Below are positions 61,914-64,000 of a stretch of DNA of 64,000 nucleotides, in pieces. The stretch comes from an uncultured Desulfatitalea sp. (lineage in GTDB: Bacteria > Desulfobacterota > Desulfobacteria > Desulfobacterales > Desulfosarcinaceae). The notes under the pieces were generated by a model, which worked only from the letters and a program-made list of their open reading frames with translations, was not told the origin of the DNA and did no database searches. Position numbers and translations under genes: made by a program. How positions within the stretch are numbered: position 1 is the first letter of the stretch; each line of letters begins with the position of its first letter. Location: assembly GCA_963668675.2 (NCBI GenBank), contig CAXXMB010000002.1, forward strand, positions 1,376,001-1,440,000, written 5' to 3'.

Positions 61914-62060
61914 AGTTAGCGGGTTTGTTGCGTTGATATGATGGAGTTACTTGGGTTAGACAACCCGAAACCGACAAACGATAAGAACACAATCAACCCA
62001 GCAACCCAAAAACGCAACAACCCAATGAACTCAACAAACCCTATAAACGCAATAAACGAA
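61914..62060. repeat. Degenerate short (about 9-nt) tandem repeats arranged as an imperfect inverted array
   Basis: GT-rich arm (GGGTTTGTTGCGTTGAT...TTGGGTT) followed by an AC-rich arm (AACCCAGCA AACGCAACA AACCCAATG AACTCAACA AACCCTATA AACGCAATA). Confidence 0.65.
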
Positions 62061-62066
62061 AGAGAC

Positions 62067-63206
62067 ATGGACCGCAACTCTGTTGGACAGGTAACACCGC
62101 AAACTTTCACATTCGGCAGCACGGATGATCCTATGGTGCTCGAATCCGGTTACACCCTGGGACCGGTGGGTATTACCTACGAAACCTACGGTGAACCCAA
62201 TGAGGACCGCTCGAATGCCATCCTGATCTGTCACGCCCTCTCCGGGGACCATCATGTGGCCGGCTATAACGATCCTCACGACCGACGTACCGGCTGGTGG
62301 GACAGCATGATCGGCCCAGGCAAGGCGTTCGACACCCGCCGGTTCTGGGTCATCTGCTCGAACATCATCGGCGGCTGCAAAGGCTCGACCGGACCGACGA
62401 GCATCGATCCGCAGACCGGCGAGCCCTTCGGCCTCACCTTCCCGGTGGTGACCATCGGCGACATGGTCGACGCCCAGAAACGCCTCATGGACCACCTGGA
62501 GATCGAGCGCCTCTACAGCATGGCGGGCGGCTCCATGGGTGGGTTTCAGGTGCTCGAGTGGATTCTGCGTTATCCCGAAATGGTCCGCTCGGCCATCTGC
62601 ATCGCATCCGCCTCGCGCCTCTCGGCCCAGGCCATCGCCTTCAACAGCATCGGCCGTAGCGCCATTACGCGGGACCCGGCGTGGAAAAAGGGTTGCTACA
62701 ACGACAGAGGTCCGGAGCAGGGGCTGGCCACCGCCCGTATGATTGGCCACATCACCTATCTGTCGGAGATGCTACTAGATGCCAAGTTCGGTCGCCGGCT
62801 GCAGTCGGCCAATCGCCTCAGCTACAACTTTTCGAGCGAGTTTGCCATCGAGAGCTACCTCGATCACAAGGGAAGTGCGTTTACCGAACGTTTCGACGCC
62901 AACAGCTACCTCTATATCACCAAAGCCATGGACTACTTCGACATCAGCCGCTCTTACGGCCCCTTAAAGGAGGCCTTTGCCCGGGTTCTGGCCCGGTGCC
63001 TCTTTGTCTCCTACAGCACGGATTGGCTCTTCCCCACGAGTCAAACCAAAGAGATGGTGCGCGCCATGCTCTCCAGCGGCAAACCGGTCTCTTTCATCGA
63101 CATCGATTCGCCCTACGGCCACGATGCATTCCTCGTGGAAGAAGAGAAACTGACGCGAATTGTTTCCGGATTTCTGACCGGTGTGGGAAAGGAGGCAAGC
63201 GCATGA
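62067..63206 (+). CDS. metX: Homoserine O-acetyltransferase
   Basis: LICHALSG, GGCKGSTGP, GGSMGG, RFDANSY and YGHDAFL motifs; start placed at MDRNSVG. Confidence 0.93.
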   Translation: MDRNSVGQVTPQTFTFGSTDDPMVLESGYTLGPVGITYETYGEPNEDRSNAILICHALSGDHHVAGYNDPHDRRTGWWDSMIGPGKAFDTRRFWVICSNIIGGCKGSTGPTSIDPQTGEPFGLTFPVVTIGDMVDAQKRLMDHLEIERLYSMAGGSMGGFQVLEWILRYPEMVRSAICIASASRLSAQAIAFNSIGRSAITRDPAWKKGCYNDRGPEQGLATARMIGHITYLSEMLLDAKFGRRLQSANRLSYNFSSEFAIESYLDHKGSAFTERFDANSYLYITKAMDYFDISRSYGPLKEAFARVLARCLFVSYSTDWLFPTSQTKEMVRAMLSSGKPVSFIDIDSPYGHDAFLVEEEKLTRIVSGFLTGVGKEASA

Positions 63207-63823
63207 ATGCCCAATATGTGGACCGCCTCAGTCGCACCGACCGGGATGTCATTCTAACCCTGGTGCCCGAAGGCGTCTCGGTACTCGATTTGGGGTGCGG
63301 TGACTGCGGTCTGCTCAACGAGCTGGTAACCAAGCGTAAGATTCACGGTACGGGTGTCGATATCAGCGGAGATCAATTGATCGATGGTCTGGCCTATGGA
63401 CTCAACGTCTACCATGGCGACCTGGATGAAGGCTTGGCCGATTTTCCGGACGACGCCTATGACTACGTCATCCTCAACCAGACACTGCAGGTGGTCAAGC
63501 GACCCCTGCTGGTCTTCGACGAAATGTTGCGCATCGGCCGTTACGGCATTGTGGGATTTCCCAACTTTGCCCATTGGCAATTGCGCCGCGGACTCTTCTT
63601 CGGCGGTCGCGCCCCCAAGTCGGCAGCCCTGCCATTCGAGTGGTATGACACCCCGAACATTCGGGTGCTCTCCATCCGGGATTTCTTCGACTACTGCCGG
63701 ACGCAACAGATCCGAATCGTACAGGAGCGTTATCTGATTGCCGGAAAATGGATGCGCCGCATGCCGGTTGCCATCACCAACGCGTTGGCCCATGTCGGCC
63801 TCTTCGTTATCTCGCGGCGGTAG
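63203..63823 (+). CDS. metW: Methionine biosynthesis protein MetW
   Basis: VLDLGCGD, YDYVILNQTLQ, FPNFAHW and WYDTPNI motifs; ATGA overlap with metX. Confidence 0.92.
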   Translation: MNAQYVDRLSRTDRDVILTLVPEGVSVLDLGCGDCGLLNELVTKRKIHGTGVDISGDQLIDGLAYGLNVYHGDLDEGLADFPDDAYDYVILNQTLQVVKRPLLVFDEMLRIGRYGIVGFPNFAHWQLRRGLFFGGRAPKSAALPFEWYDTPNIRVLSIRDFFDYCRTQQIRIVQERYLIAGKWMRRMPVAITNALAHVGLFVISRR

Positions 63824-63855
63824 CCGGCACTATTACCAGCGGATATTACAATGCA

Positions 63856-64000
63856 TCACGCGCCGCTGCTCACTTTTTCAATGAACGCCAGCATGCGCGC
63901 CAGCACCGCCTCGGGTTGATCGAGATGCGGTGTATGGCTGCAGCCTTCAATCAATGCGGCTGTCGCATCTCCCCCCGACTGAGAAACAATGGCGTCCACA
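63856..64000 (-). CDS. Alpha/beta hydrolase, C-terminal fragment (5' part outside the window)
   Basis: Minus-strand translation VDAIVSQSGGDATAALIEGCSHTPHLDQPEAVLARMLAFIEKVSSGA-stop; catalytic-His region typical of alpha/beta hydrolases. Confidence 0.7.
   Translation of the reverse strand, partial: VDAIVSQSGGDATAALIEGCSHTPHLDQPEAVLARMLAFIEKVSSGA

Overview
Chromosomal window from a sulfate-reducing Desulfobacterota bacterium, most likely Desulfobacterales (inferred from dsrABDN and gene content). It carries a double-length uvrA, divergent class II (nrdJ) and class III (nrdDG) ribonucleotide reductases with paired NrdR boxes, prpE, mltF, fabH, dapA, dsrABD-dsrN, an IS5-family element with a target-site duplication, a sigma54-controlled signalling cluster upstream of a cytoplasmic hdrA-mvhD-fdhB-fdhA module, and a SAM-riboswitch-controlled metY-metX-metW operon. 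The ORF track hides a strong selenium signal: 8 in-frame UGA codons in 5 genes, each followed by a SECIS-like hairpin. The best candidate for an undescribed system is an uncalled 75-codon precursor (24676-24903, minus strand) with three repeated K-S-[AG]-Sec-S cores, each with its own 17-nt hairpin, and a lipobox-like leader. It sits directly upstream of an SbtM-type radical SAM/SPASM maturase, suggesting a multi-core selenopeptide RiPP. A MerB (organomercurial lyase)-like gene (9968-10684) appears to have Sec at both catalytic Cys positions. Several gene remnants (PEP-CTERM, GGDEF, ppc) are also present. No rRNA, tRNA or CRISPR array was recognised. Family assignments come from motif recognition by eye; no searches were run.
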